NCBI GenBank assembly: GCA_951406725.2 | Contig: OX597816.1 | Coordinates: 142,786,001-142,850,000 of the forward strand | DNA length: 64,000 bases | DNA from: Octopus vulgaris | Lineage: Eukaryota | Direction: 5' to 3' | Shown here: positions 1-13,756 of the stretch, piece after piece | Layout: every line of letters begins with the position of its first letter | How positions within the stretch are numbered: the first letter of the stretch is position 1 | Made by a program: the position numbers and the translations under genes | Notes under the pieces: model-generated | Databases searched by the model: none | Told to the model about the DNA's origin: nothing | What the model saw: the letters and a program-made list of their open reading frames with translations, nothing else

Positions 1-159
1 TTCTACTCATTAAGATCATTAGACCAAATCATACTGCAGATTGCTGTGAAACTATGCAATTAATAAATAAAAATTACTTTGGCTAGTTTTAATACCTTTG
101 AGTCCTTTGTTTGTTAACAGCTACTACTAGTGATTGCACTAGCTCCTTAAATGCTTACA

Positions 160-190
<31 letters not shown>

Positions 191-191
191 T

Positions 192-350
192 CTCGGAGTG
201 GTTGGCGTTAGGAAGGGCATCCAGCTGTAGAAACACTGCCAGATCTGACTGGCCTGGTGCAGCCTTCGGGCTTGCCAGACCCCAGTTGAACCGTCCAACC
301 CATGCTAGCATGGAAAGCGGACGTTAAACGATGATGATGATGATGATGAT
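192..350 (+). mobile_element. 3' end of RTE-type LINE or LINE-derived SINE with (GAT)n tail
   Basis: CTCGGAGTGGTTGGCGTTAGGAAGGGCATCCAGC...CATGCTAGCATGGAAAGCGGACGTTAAACGATGATGATG. The same sequence forms the 3' end of the RT-bearing copy at 61241-62240. CpGs retained, so young. Confidence 0.85.
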
Positions 351-673
351 ATATTATTTTTGCAAAGAAAAGTGACTTCATTAAATATGCTGACAAAGAC
401 AACTAAACTGAAACTTTAGAGTCACTGTCAACCTTACCCCTAAAATTATATATAATACTCAACTTAAAAGTATTGAATGAGCCTTTAATTAAACCACATA
501 CCCGCGCACACACACACACTTACACTATCTGTTCAGATTATCGATGGATAACTACTTAATATTTCAAAAAGTAATTTGATTTATATTGACAGGCATATGC
601 TTTGAACTACAAAGGAATGCATGAAGTTCTAAACATAGGTTATATATCATATTCTACACTCTGCACTACACAT

Positions 674-715
<42 letters not shown>

Positions 716-1907
716 GTATATGTATATATAATTTCCACTGTGATGTCTCACATTTTCACGCTCTTTTTCTTTCCTTTTATGTAAATATATATCTGGGTAC
801 ATAACAAATAAATACTCACAGAAATACAGGTATAGATAAATAGTTATTGCTAATAGGTATCTGTAGGCAGATATAGAGAGTAAATTAGGTGTAGATAGTT
901 TCATAGAAATAGATAAATTTCATTAACAGAGATAATATAGTGTATGTCTCAACTAAAAAGAGGGAAAAACAAAAACAAAGGCAAGTTGTTATATTATATA
1001 TTATCTTCATGTTTTATATTGGAACTAACCTCATTCCATTAGTGCTCCATTATTGTTCTAAGATGTCTTAAGGTTGTTTTTTTGTAAGTTTAACAGTTAT
1101 TGTATTTTTATTATCAATTTCTTCCTAAATAGTAATTACTAGTCATTGTATGTCAGAACATGAACAATCTGCTATCATTTTTCTCTTTCTTGCTTGCTTT
1201 TTTTTTTTTTTTTTTTTTTTTTACTCTTTGTTCCAAAAGTATCTTTCACTAGAATAATTACTATGGCAGCAGTTGACAATCCTTGCCATTCGTGACTAAG
1301 CAATCAGAATTCTGAATGAGATGAGAAATACAGAAGATAGACATTGTCAATTCAATCTTTTAAAGGACACAACTACAATTATTGTCAGATACTATGAACA
1401 TAAGTTAGTTGGCACCATTCTAAAGGAATGCAAGGCAGTGGCAGAAGCAGTAATTAATCCAGAAAAGTTTTTGGGTTTGCAACTCAGCACCTGGAGAGGC
1501 AAGTTCTGCATTTTGATATATTGAAGAGACAGGTTGGTTAAGTTCCTTGGGTATAAGGTTTGTTCAAACCTCTGGATAGACAGCAAAAAGAGTGACCTTC
1601 AAGGTTGATAAAAATAAAGATCCAGACAAGTACTGGATCTAATGTAATCAACTTTCCCCCTCCTCTCAAAATTTCTGGTCTTGTACCAAAATTAGAAAGC
1701 ATTATTATTATTGTTATTAAAGCAGTAGATGACTAAATCACTTGAGCACTGGACAGAATATAAAGTATTATGTCTGATTATGTTCTGAGTTCAAATCCTA
1801 TTAGATTCAGTTTTGCTGTTCATTTTTCTAGAATTGATGAATACCAGTTGAGTGCACAGTAGATCTAGTCTAACTTTGTTGTCATGGGCAACAATTGGAA
1901 ATCATTA

Positions 1908-2196
1908 GAATTACTACTGTTGTTATTGTAGCAGAACATCAGCAGTACTAGTTATTACTAATGTTGTTATTGAGTATACCATCATGAATAGAAGTTATTA
2001 TTAATGTTGTTATTGAGTGGAGCATCAGCTGTACTAGTAACTAGTAATGTTGTTATTGAGTTGTGCATCAGCTGACTAGTTACTACTAATGTTATCAAGT
2101 GGAGTATGTGTTACTATTAATATTGTTACTGAATGAACCATCAATGGTGGAAGTTATTGCTAATGTTAATCAGTTGAAGCATCAATTGTAGAAGTC
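1908..2196. repeat. Degenerate minisatellite, ~43 bp unit, ~7 copies
   Basis: Recurring AGTTATTACTAATGTTGTTATTGAGTGGAGCATCAGCTGTACT-like unit, with starts at ~1951, 1994 and 2037. Confidence 0.75.
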
Positions 2197-2459
2197 ACAA
2201 ATTAATTTTCTTACTGTGTATAGTCTCCTCTGAATGTAGCATCATATTTTTCTTCATTCATAAATCTGAGGCCTTATGGTAAGGTGGAAGACAAAATGCT
2301 TAACAGTATTTAAAGCCTTCTTCTATAATCTAAGTTCAAATACTACTAGGATCACCTTCACCTATCATCCTGCCAAATCAATGACTTATCATTCAAGTGC
2401 TGGATTGATTCAGTTGATTTTTCAGCAAATTTCTGGTCTTGTACCAATGAAAGGAATTA

Positions 2460-2565
2460 AGGCAGTGAGCTGGCAGAATCATTAGTGTTGGACAAAATGC
2501 TTAGCAACATTTCTTCCAGCTTTACATTCTGAGTTCAAATTCCACTGAAGTCAACTTAGCCTTTT
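2460..2565 (+). mobile_element. Decayed tRNA-derived SINE head (same family as 32427-32651)
   Basis: GAGCTGGCAGAATCATTAG...AAAATGCTTAGC...TTCTGAGTTCAAATTCC with a B-box-like motif. Older fragments at ~1720-1870 and ~2250-2450. Confidence 0.65.
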
Positions 2566-3929
2566 CTGTATCATTAAGCTCATTTTGCAACCATGTGGTT
2601 CCATATTTGATCCCATTCTGCTGTACCTTGGACAAGTGTCTTTTATTTTCCATTTTATTTCTTATAAATGATGATAAAATTCATTTTATAGTGTTTCATT
2701 TTGCTTTGGCTTTAACATTGTTTTAATCTCTATGAAAAATATATTAAAATTCTTGCCAAAGTAAATATATAGTAGAAAATACATTGCTCAGCGGGACTGA
2801 GCCTGAAACTATGCAGTTGGGAAGTGAAATTCTTAACCATGCAGCCATGCTTGCACCTATACACATATGTATGAATGCCTATCTGTACATATGTAGGTGT
2901 ATACATATATACATACATACATACAGAAAGTGAGACGAGAAAAATGTTCATTGGAAATAATAAATAGCGAATAAAACTTCCACATCACTAGGATTTGTGG
3001 ATACTAGAAATGGTTTTGTAATATCAAGAGTCAATTCAATAAAAAAAGAAAACTGACCTATTTGAGAGTACCATAAGAAGAAATATCAAGCATTTCAAGT
3101 ATCATTATAGAGAACTCTGCTTGAAATATTTTTACTTTTTTCTAATTAATTTAAACTACTTATATTGTTTTTGCTTTTCATCAATTTCGGTCAGTTATTT
3201 GTTAAGTCAGCAATGTAGAATTATCTTGAAACAGTTCTCAAAATTGAATTGTAAGAAATCTCATCTCCATTTGTTTTGGTCATTTTGCTTGTATTGTGGT
3301 TGATGAAATATTTGTTCCCATAATTTGCTTTGTCTTTGACACAACTTAGCGCTATACTCAACATTTTTTCTTTGTCTTTTTTTATTCATCTTATAACCTC
3401 AATTGTTATTGGTAATCCAACCCCAGTTATCATTTGCTTCAATTTAACAATGTTGAAAAAGTTTGTTTTGCAAATTCCTGTATGCAGCTATAGAAGGTTC
3501 GAATATCTTATATCGATATCTCTTGCTCATAGCAACAAGTTTTCATTGTTAGGAGATAAAATTTTCAGGAATAAGTGCCTCTAGCAGAGTCCACTCAAGC
3601 CAGGTCTCTGATGTAAGGATATCCTCCCTTTCTCCCTCCAGTCTCAGAGGCCCTGAAAAGTTATGGACACTGCCCTTTTCTCCTTCATTTTCTGATGAAG
3701 TTGTTCAAGAAAAGAAAAAAAAGAATTAGCTCTTTGTATAGTGATGGAGTATTAGATTGTCACTGATTAGTAATGAAACTGACCACATATAGGTGATGAC
3801 CTTCTGACATAAACATTATGTCTATCATATCAACCTATCCTCTGTTGATTATATCTTAGTTGAAGTTAATGATAGTCTATTTGATGAATCAAGGTATTGA
3901 AAAGCTTAATTCATGAATAACTTGCATTA

Positions 3930-4174
3930 CCCTTTTGATACAAATGCACCTGAAACCACCCTTGGTTCTGTGAGAAAAAATTATTTGTTTTAAATTGTTT
4001 ATATTTATATAAAAATCTTTTATTGCAATTTAATGTAAAAACCTTTTATGTTCCAAACACCAGCTTAATAATGAGAAAATTATCTTATTAAATCTCTCCA
4101 AATTCTTGATTATTTTCAAAATTAATTGAAAATCGTAAGCAGTGTATTTCATTAAAAATATGGTAATGAAAGGG
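3930..4174. mobile_element. piggyBac-like MITE (CCCTT...AAGGG ends)
   Basis: Left end CCCTTTTGATAC, right end GAAAGGG followed by TTAA. Internal similarity to 47371-47623 and ~63240-63430. Confidence 0.6.
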
Positions 4175-4910
4175 TTAAAGCAGAGAACTGATTATGGTGA
4201 TGAGTTTTCAACATCAAATGTCTTTTTTTTTTTGTAAGGGTTTTTTTTTATAGTTTAGAAATATTCTTTTAAATTTTTTTTCTAATTTTAAAATATTTTA
4301 TCCCAAGTCTAGTAACACATAGACTACTCGGGACTTTGTAGCTAGTGAAACTGTGTTTCTAAATTATTCCCATCTTATTCTCTTTAACGTATTTAAAAGC
4401 TTGACACTATTATTAAAAGAACGGTGTCTCTAATAAAAACAATTTACGCAAAATATTTCTAGAGTTTTAAACAAAAGTCTCTTTACTGTGTTCGATTAGA
4501 ATTCTCTGTAGAACATTGTAAGAAATGAGTGTCAAATTCAGCCAGTTCAGCTAAAGACTGAACTAAGTTTGATTATATCTAATATTCACAACATTAAATG
4601 TATTATGTATAATGTGTGAAGTATTGTAATATTAAGATTGTGTACAAGTATAAATTGGTTTATGTTTGTAGATGTGTATCCTGGGAAGTACTAGATATAA
4701 TTTAAAATATGACTAACATAAATTTACTGTCTGCCTTTGTTTTATAATAACTTTTAGTAGTTAAAATTAAGTATCATAGATTGGAATAACAGTGGTAAAT
4801 ATTAAGTTGTTATTGTTTCTCCCTGGGTCAGCCTTTATTGGGAAGACCTCTGATTTAAGGCATTCAAACCATGGACATACTTTTTTGTATATCTACGACT
4901 GTTATCATTT

Positions 4911-5263
4911 ATTCTTTTACTTGTTTCAATCATTTGACTGCGGCCGTGTTGGAGCACTGCCTTTAGTTGAGCAAATTGACTCCAGGACTTATTCTATCAG
5001 TCTCTTTTGTTGAACTGCTAAGTTATGTAAACACACCAACATTGGTTGTCAAGCGATGGTGAGGGGACAAACACAGACACACAAATATATATATATATAT
5101 GATGGGCTTCTTTCAGCTTCCATCTACTAAAATCCACTCACAAGGCTTTGGTTGACCCAAGGCTATAGTAGAAGACACTTGCCCAAGCTGCCACACAGTG
5201 GGACTGAACCCAGAACCATGTTGCTGGGAAACAAGCTTCTTACCATTCAATCATGCCTGCACC
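4911..5263 (-). mobile_element. tRNA-derived SINE, second family, near full length
   Basis: Minus strand GGTAAGAAGCTTG...GGGTTCAGTCCCACTG...TTGGGCAAGTGTCTTCTACTATAGCC...TGAAACAAGTAAAAGAAT. Multiple copies in the window. Confidence 0.85.
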
Positions 5264-5377
5264 TATATATGTATCCATTCCATTTTTTTTCTTAAGGCAG
5301 TAGGGTGTGATGTAAGGAAGATTTTGCTGTTATTTCTAACAAGTTAAACAACCATATAGAGACGAATTAATAGGCTC

Positions 5378-5800
5378 TCATCATCATCATCATCATCATC
5401 GTTTAACATCCGCTTTCCATGCTAGCATGGGTTGGACGGTTCAACTGGGGTCTATGAAGCCAGAAGGCTGCATCAGGCCCAGTCTGATCTGGCAGTGTTT
5501 CTACAGCTGGATGCCCTTCCTAACGCCAACCACTCCGTGAGTGTAGTGGGTGCTTTTTACGTGCCACCTGTACAGGTGCCAGACGAGGCTGGCAAACGAC
5601 CACGATCAGATGGTGCTTTTTACGTGCCACCGGCACGGAGGCCAGATGAGGCTGGCAACGGCCACGATCAGATGGTGCTTTTTACGTGCCACCGGCACGG
5701 AGGCTAGTCAGGGTGGCGCTGGCTATGGCCACATTTGGATGGTTCTCATATGTGCCACCAGCACTGGTATCACAGCTACAAATTCCATTGATATTGATCG
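5378..5800 (-). mobile_element. RTE-type 3' end with (GAT)n tail and internal ~57 bp repeats
   Basis: Reverse complement of the 192-350 element plus three GGTGCTTTTTACGTGCCACC units. CpG-rich. Confidence 0.85.
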
Positions 5801-8800
5801 ATTACGTATATTAAAATTTGTGATTCATGTAGCCCTGTGTATCTATACTTTACAATTGTTGTTATCTAATGTGAACTTAGTGTTGTGATTTATAGAAGCA
5901 GGAAGCATGCAAAATTAAATTAGGAAGCTGATGACTAATTGACGAAATGGAATTTGTCAAGGAATTTTAGATTTTAGGATCTCAAAGCAACTTTGGATCC
6001 TTTCCAAAAATATTTCTGCCCATTTAAAAAAATTTTTGCTTTTAGTGCCCTTTGGGAAAGTATGAATGCTTCCACTTTTCATGTTTTTTCTTTGAAAATT
6101 TTAAGGTTTGCACCCACAAATTCACTTCTGACTAATTTACCAATAACTTGGAGGAGGAAGGTAGAGAGAAAGAGACGAGCTCCATTTAACAAACTTGCTC
6201 ATGTCATGGTGGATTAAGATAGAAGACTTCACTGGTGACCCAACAATTCATTAGTTTATGATGCATTATTCTTCTTTGATTGAAAAATAACAAATTAGGT
6301 GAAATCCTGAAATTAATTTGCTTCCCTTTAGATCCCGAAGTAAAATTTTCACCCACTAGGTCATGTATAATCTTAAAGTTTGATTCTACTAGGTTTCATT
6401 TCTGGCCTTTTCCTTCACTCCCCAAGTCAGACAGCCACCTAAACAAGGACCATACATATTATTCAATGCTACTCATACTCCAAAAAAACTTTCTTTCAAA
6501 GGGAACTTATTTGTTCCATTCTCAGTGATTTGTTTAAGATTTTTAAGAATACTCTCTCTCTCCTTTTCTATCCCCTTCATAGTACTCTCTCACTCTTCCA
6601 TTCTCTTATTTCTCCTTTTCTTTGCTCCATAATGTAGTCAAGGCTCTTGTCACTTCATTTTTCTGAATCACAGATCAGTTGCAGCATGGAATAACAGCTT
6701 CTATGGCCTTGACCAACAAACATCTGCAGTTGTCAACAACTGAAATGCTCTTATTATTGTTACTATGGTTGCACTCTTGCTTAAATAACAACAACAACAA
6801 CATTAATAACAATAACACTTTCAAGTGATTATTTCAATAAAGCATTACATTCTAACACTTTAACCTCCTACTAATTCATTTGGAGTTCACTTGTGAAGAA
6901 ATTCCTGGATTTCGTTTTCTTATAAATTCTCTTGGTGATTAATACTTTGTTTGAACATATATTGTGTTGTTGCATTGCTTGTGATGTATATAAAACTATA
7001 AGATGCTAGTAGGTTTTCTTTAGTTGTCTTGTTTGCTACCCTGTTGCTTTTGATAGCTTCTGTATATAAATCAGTAATTAAAAAAAAAATTATTATTTAA
7101 AAAAAAAACAAATACAATTAGTTTCTTTTAGTATTTTTTCTCTGACTCAAGAATTATTCTTATATTTGACACACTGTAATTTTTTTATACATGTTATTCA
7201 TAGTATTAAATTAACACAAGTGATTAGTTTCAGCCCAAACCTTTGAAAATATAATTAGAGAAATTTCCCTTGATTATGCTACTCTACTGTAAGAGAAAAA
7301 TAGTAAGAGTTTAAAGGTCTTATTTATCTAGTTAATTATACACACACACACACATTGTACAATGTGTTGTATATGGTTTTACAACAAATATTTAAGTCAT
7401 AATGACAGAAGCCAACTTTTTTAAAATTCTGTTATAAAGGAAGTTAGTCTGTCATTAATTAAACAAAATTTTATATTAAGCTGTAAAAATATTCAGATCT
7501 CAACTAATTAGATCCTTAGTCATTCCCTGAAGTTCTCTTTCTGTGTTTTTTATTTTGTAGTTTTAAGCAACACATTTCATTATTTATTTACCTTCAAAAT
7601 AATTATATTTTCCATATTCATGCCTTTCTTTTTTTAATTATTTAAAAAAATTTTTTGAACATTTAAGATATTTCTCCTAAAATAATAATAATTTTAGTGA
7701 TATTCTGTAAAGAATTGCAATATACACCTAATCATCTACAAACAGGAAATTGTTCCTGTGTGAGAAATGAATTATTCTTACTCTTGATTTTACTTCATAG
7801 CAAGCTCATTTAATGACAAATTATCTTTAGCTCTCAATCTCTGTTTATTTAAACTGAATTTGTAAATCAATCCACAGGAAATAGAATTCTGTCCCTTATA
7901 TATAAACAATATCAAACTGTATGCATTTATAATTTATAATTCAAGTGCAGTATTTTTACAAATCCTTCAGGACAAATTGAATTTTGTCTATTAAATAGCT
8001 GTACTAACCATTACACCATTGAAACATTTCAACATTTGCTGAGTAAGCTAGTGATGTATATTTCAATTTCCATCAATGGGTCCCTTACGGTGAATTGTTC
8101 TTTATGTCTACCAATAAATACATAAAATTAAATAATATACAAGAAACAACCAATGCACTCAATTTATTTTTGTTCTGTTACTTTCTTCCCTACATCTTAT
8201 TACTTGCAAGTTTAAAAAAAGCACAGAGAACCCTACAAACCAGGTCCTTGTCCATGTACCCTTAGAAACCATTGTGGTCCTTTTAGATTATTTCCTTTCC
8301 CAAACTTAAGAGCTCCGGTATAGTTTAGCCTTCAGCTGAGAGCTGTTGCATGCTGCTTTTGACCTGGCAAGTTAGTCCATTGGCTGTATAATATTTGTCA
8401 TTTTTCTCTTCATTTCATTTACTTTCCATATTGTTATTGTGCACACATGTATATATATGGATATGTCTATATATGTATATAAGTGCATGCATGGATATGT
8501 ATCTCACTATCTATCTACAAATGTAATATATATGCATGCATGCATGGATATATGTCTAAATACGTATATGTGTATATTTGTATTAACATTTTACTCAGAA
8601 TTGCATTACTTAAAGTTTCACGGAAATAAAACCAATAACCCTGATCATTCAGATACTTGATTCTGAGTGGCAGACTTTAACAGCTTCTAAACAAGGTTGA
8701 TTCTATTGGATGATGATACGTATCACCTTTTTTAGTTGGCTTGGATAATGTGGTAGAATTGGTGTCTACCAGCTACTTCTGACTGATAGTGGAATTGGTG

Positions 8801-8878
8801 GTGACTTCTAACTGCTGCTAGGTAAGAGGTAATTTCAGCTTAGTGTAGTTTCCCTTGTTCTGGTTAGAGGGTCTAGTA

Positions 8879-8908
8879 CAGTGGTTCCCCACCTGGGACC
8901 CCTGGTGG

Positions 8909-8942
<34 letters not shown>

Positions 8943-9015
8943 TACACATAAGGATAAGCATGTTAAAAGGGGTCCTTGGGAAAACTCATTTAAATAAAAG
9001 GGTTGGGAACAAGTG
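8879..9015. mobile_element. hAT-type MITE with 8-bp target site duplication
   Basis: TIR CAGTGGTTCCC ... GGGAACAAGTG. Identical flanking GTCTAGTA at 8871-8878 and 9016-9023. Confidence 0.75.
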
Positions 9016-10245
9016 GTCTAGTATTAGGTTTCAATAAAGTTTAAGGAAGTATTGATAAAAGTTTATGGAATAGTATTAGCCTCATTTTTGGCAGTAAAAT
9101 AACAGTTCAGATTTCATGTTAAGGAAAGCAGTGGGGATTTGTTGTTGTATATGGAGTAAAACTTATGGAATGTAAATTTGGTTTAAAATTAGTCAGAGAG
9201 CCCCAGCATCATGTAACATCATCATGATAGTTCAATTTTCTTGTTAAGGGATTGTATTAGTTGATGCAATATGTGCTCTGTATAGATTCTTGCAAATACA
9301 TCAGCTGTGTGTTCTGGATGAATTTGGAGAGGCTTTGCTGAGAAGTTCCAGGTTTTACCAGGCCTAAAAAAGTTCATGTATTGAGTAAAATTTCTCTTGA
9401 GTCATTAGTTGTAAGTAATTTGGTATCTTAGAATACAGGCTATTATGTAAGACCACTGCATTAGAGAGGCAGAATCCTTTCAGTGTGCAAATGGTTTGAT
9501 TTCAGCATTTGCAAGTGGATGTTTGAGGTGAAGACTGTTATTTTTTCTGTCTTAGTATGCAAAATTGAAAGCAGTATTGTCTTGACAAGAGTAATTCATC
9601 TTAAATGGATGTGCATTAAAAAGCTTATGGCATTTACATGTGCTTAGGTATTATTTCTATATTAGGTATTGAAATTTCCTTACTATGTTTGCAGAGAGAC
9701 ATCTAGTTTGAATAGATCATTATTTTTCTTTTCTGAACACTTTTCAGGGATGCCAATGGAAAATCCTCCATGTATACTAACTTTTAGTCAAAAATCACTT
9801 TTTGCTAATATCTCATTATAATAGGGTACAGCTTTATTAAAAATATTTGTTTGAGGATACATTAGAAATTCTTCTGAGCAGAGCAATTTCCTGATTTGGA
9901 AGCTTCCAGATAAAATAGAAGTTAGCAGAATTTTTTCTGTTTTGGACTTGAAAGTGTTCTTGTGCTGAGTAAAACCTCTGAAGTTATTAGCTGTCAGTTA
10001 TAGCTGGTGGTGGATTTAGAATATATTTGAATGAATAGTTCTCTTCAGTACAATATTTGCCTGTTTTATAGTCAAGAGTGATGTCCAAGAAATTGAGTGG
10101 GGTTAGATTGGTAGTGATAGTCAGATTTAAGCCAAACTTCTTCAAGATTCCTATTACATATTCCTAAATCTGTCAGTAATATAGCTGTTCATGTTACTTG
10201 AAATCACCTGGTCTTTGCCTCTGTACAAACTTGAATGGAGAAGAA

Positions 10246-10420
10246 TACAAGAGGGTGCTGAAAAGTTCGTGGCTTTGAGTAAAAGAAAATACAGGAGGAT
10301 CAATTAATTATAGTTTTATGCAACACACTCCTTTCTCAGATTCACATACTCATTGCAGCTGTTCTTCAGTTTTCCTAAGCCATGTAAAAAGAACACAGAA
10401 GGTTGGGCTTCCAATCAAGC
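10246..10420 (-). mobile_element. Mariner-like terminal fragment
   Basis: TACAAGAGGGTGCTGAAAAGTTCGTGGCT resembles mariner TIRs. No second end found. Confidence 0.5.
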
Positions 10421-11307
10421 CCCCACATATACCCCTCTTGAGAGTGCACAGAATAACTAAGCCAACATGGTCTATGATCTCAGCCCCATCATAACTCCCC
10501 ATGGAAATATTGAATAATGGCTCATCTTACCTTCCTTTCTAACCCAGTCGAGATCATAAAAATATCAGTAACTTCTTAAGCATCCATGTCACTTTTAGAA
10601 AGATTAATCAGCTGCATTTAGAGTTGGAAAACAAATGAAGAAAAGCCCCACTCGTCATTAATGATGTTTTTCCATTCCTTTGAAGATTTAAGCAATGTGA
10701 TTCTGAGTCAAAATAAATATAAATAAACATATTGAGCACATTTTCTTTCATTTGTACATTTACTGAGACATGCATATGTGTGTGTGTATGTATATGCATA
10801 TACGCATATACTTATTGCTATCATTTGTTACATTGTCTGTTGCCTGTTTGACTGCTAACTTTTGTTTGTGTTTTTCCATTTATTGTGTTCCAAAAATTAT
10901 TAAAATGCCTGTTAATCAGTATTGTTATAATTTATTATTATTGTACTTCTAGCAATATGTACACACACACACACACTTACACACACACAAGGAATTAACA
11001 AATGTTCTTTATTTTCAATATCAATGAAAATCTTTCTGAACATTAAATTAAATTCCAGATGGACTTTGGATAGATAAAATATAAGAAAGAATAAGCTACA
11101 CTTGTTATGTGTTGTTTTTTTCTTCCTCTTTAATTCTGTTATCCCAGTGTCCATGTTTTTATCAAATATTTAGAAATGCATTCTGAAAACAATCTTAGGT
11201 TAATAACTCGTTTAATAATTAATATTCTAACCAAATTAAAATTGTTTTATTACCACTAGATATCACATGTAGTTGCTTTTTAGTGCCCTGCCTCTTGGAT
11301 TTTTGAC

Positions 11308-11397
11308 CATGGCCTTGGCTGTGGTGGCTACAACAAACTAAAAATAACATTAAGATGTTATTTTTAGTTTGTTGTAGCCACCACAGCCAAGGCCATG
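11308..11397. repeat. Perfect inverted repeat, 43-bp arms, 4-nt loop
   Basis: 11308-11350 CATGGCCTTGGCTGTGGTGGCTACAACAAACTAAAAATAACAT, loop TAAG, exact reverse complement at 11355-11397. Confidence 0.95.
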
Positions 11398-13440
11398 CTG
11401 GAGTATCACCTTCAAAATTTGGGGGATGGGGGAGAAATTAGAAAAGTATTAAGCTTCTATAGAATTTGTGATTGCATGACTACCAAGGAGATAGTATAAT
11501 GATGTTATTTCTAATTAAAATTTTAATATTTCATTTAAATTTTTTTTTCTTTTTTTACTTTAATGAGTAAGAATCAGCTAACACAGGATTTAACACTTTT
11601 ATGCAAAATATATTTGTGTGTGTATTGTGGTAACTAGGTCTTAAGTTTAGTAGCCTGATAGAATTTTGTTCATATTAGAATGGATTTAAATACTTGATGG
11701 ATTATTGATTGTCAAATTTCTGCTGAATTTTACAGTTGCCTACATATGACATGTTTGAAATGTAAGATATTGGTCTGATGTCCTTAGAAAACACACACAC
11801 AAACTCTTGTTTTGATAAGTATTTCAGTTGTTTGATCAACAGAACTACTTATTCATTTGTTTTATAGAATTAGTGGCTGAGTATTCCAGAAACAAGCAAA
11901 ATCAGCATGACAATGTGTGATGAGGCCAGGCCTTCCAATTACAGGCACAGTCCACCTGTCAGGCTACACACAGTTTCTGCCAATCAAATATTACTCACAG
12001 GGCCTGGGGCACCTTTTCTAAAATACATACAGTGAGCTCAAACCCAGAACTTTAAAATCACAAAGAGTTCACACACTACTCACCTTACATACTTCTACTA
12101 CCACCATGTGTTCAAACACATATTTTTCTACAAAAAAAGTTTTTAAAATCAGTAGCTTTCTCTATACATGTTGCATAAAAATAGTTAATTTTATAATTAT
12201 ATATAATTCAAATATGTTAGGGTACTCCAGCATGGTCATTACTAAATAGTTAAAGCCAGTAAAAGAATAACATGTAATACATACATTAAATATTTTAAGT
12301 TCTAAAACATTTAACCAAAAAAAACCCTGATTTCATTTTAAACATAATAAAAGCATGAATAATGTTTATAATAACCCATATTTGCTTTTGCTATGACAAC
12401 ATCTTCAGTTATATGCAGCTATGACTTGCCTGAATTTTCCTGACCCTTGTAATTGTAGTCAAGACATACCTACTTCAATTATTTCCAGCTTGTCAGCAAA
12501 ATGCTCTTGTATTTCTTTGTTGCTGTTATTATTAATATTGTTGATACTGTTAATTCTTTGTCTCTTTCATGTAATATTTCAGTGTGCAGCAGTCATTTTT
12601 AGACTTATAGATTGTTCATACATGTTGTTTCACATTATTGCTATTAATGACATTTCTCTGGGTTTATGCATATGTATGCATTTGTGTATGTTTATACATT
12701 TCTTTCATATTTTCTGAGAGGATCTTGAAGAACCTGTGATTCTTTTTAAACTGTAAGCAACTAATAACAAACCCAGATAGATAGGTTAACACATTTAGCA
12801 CTGTATGGTTTATAAGACAAAACTCTGCAAATTCCTGAAGTTTGATACCAGTACCTTCAAATGGCATTGTGATCTTCCTCTATATTTTTGACATCATTAG
12901 GTCTCTTGATTGCCTTTGATATTTTGGTATCAATATAACTAGCAATAACAAAGTATAATAACTGGTAATATGTCTGAGAGAGCTATTACAAATTGTATTA
13001 GCCAAAAAAATTGTACCCTGCAGCACTCTGTTCAAAATTAACTCTTTTGAAATGGTGTCCTTGGCCAATATCTTGATTTGTATCCATTAAAGTCACACAA
13101 TCACTCCTGGTTTTCTAACTATGCTGTGATCATGAAGCTTGTGATATATTATCCTATGATCAAATGTATTAAAAAGCTTTGCAGCGTTCAGGTATATAAC
13201 ATCTACACTTGATTGGTTGAGCTACTACTTTAATAACCAGTTGCAACACAGCTTTGTAACACTTCTACTAAGATAGAAATGTGTGTGTGTATATGTGTGT
13301 GCATGTAAGCATGGAAAACAGATGATCACACACATGTTTATATACACATGTCTATATATATGCATGCACACACACATGCATCTTACTTCATTCATGGCTG
13401 TCCATTGAATGCATTAATGACCATATTTACGTGCACACAC

Positions 13441-13756
13441 ATCTTTTACTTGTATCAGTCATTAGACTGTGGTCATGCTGGGCACCACCTTGAAGTATTT
13501 TTAGTTGAATGGATCAACCCCAGTACTTAAGTTTTTGAAGCATAGTACTTATTCTATCAGTCTCTTTTGCTGAACAGCTAGGTTACAGGGACATAAACAC
13601 ACCATCTCAAGTTGCCAACCAGTGGTGGGGGACGAAGACACACATACATATATACTATGTGCTTCTTTTCAGTTTCCATCTACCAGATCCACTCACAAGA
13701 CTATAGCAGAAGACACTCACCCAAGCAAACTTCTTACTACGCAGCTACACCTACAC
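13441..13756 (-). mobile_element. tRNA-derived SINE (family of 4911-5263), internally deleted
   Basis: Shared blocks TCTTTTACTTG..TCAGTCATT.GACTG.GG, TACTTATTCTATCAGTCTCTTTTG, TTTCAGTTTCCATCTACC. Confidence 0.8.

Noticed and set aside
1240-1295. Possible phase-1 terminal exon LSFTRIITMAAVDNPCHS-stop after a poly-T tract
   Set aside because: Weak AAAAG acceptor, the poly-T may be a simple repeat, and there is no homology support
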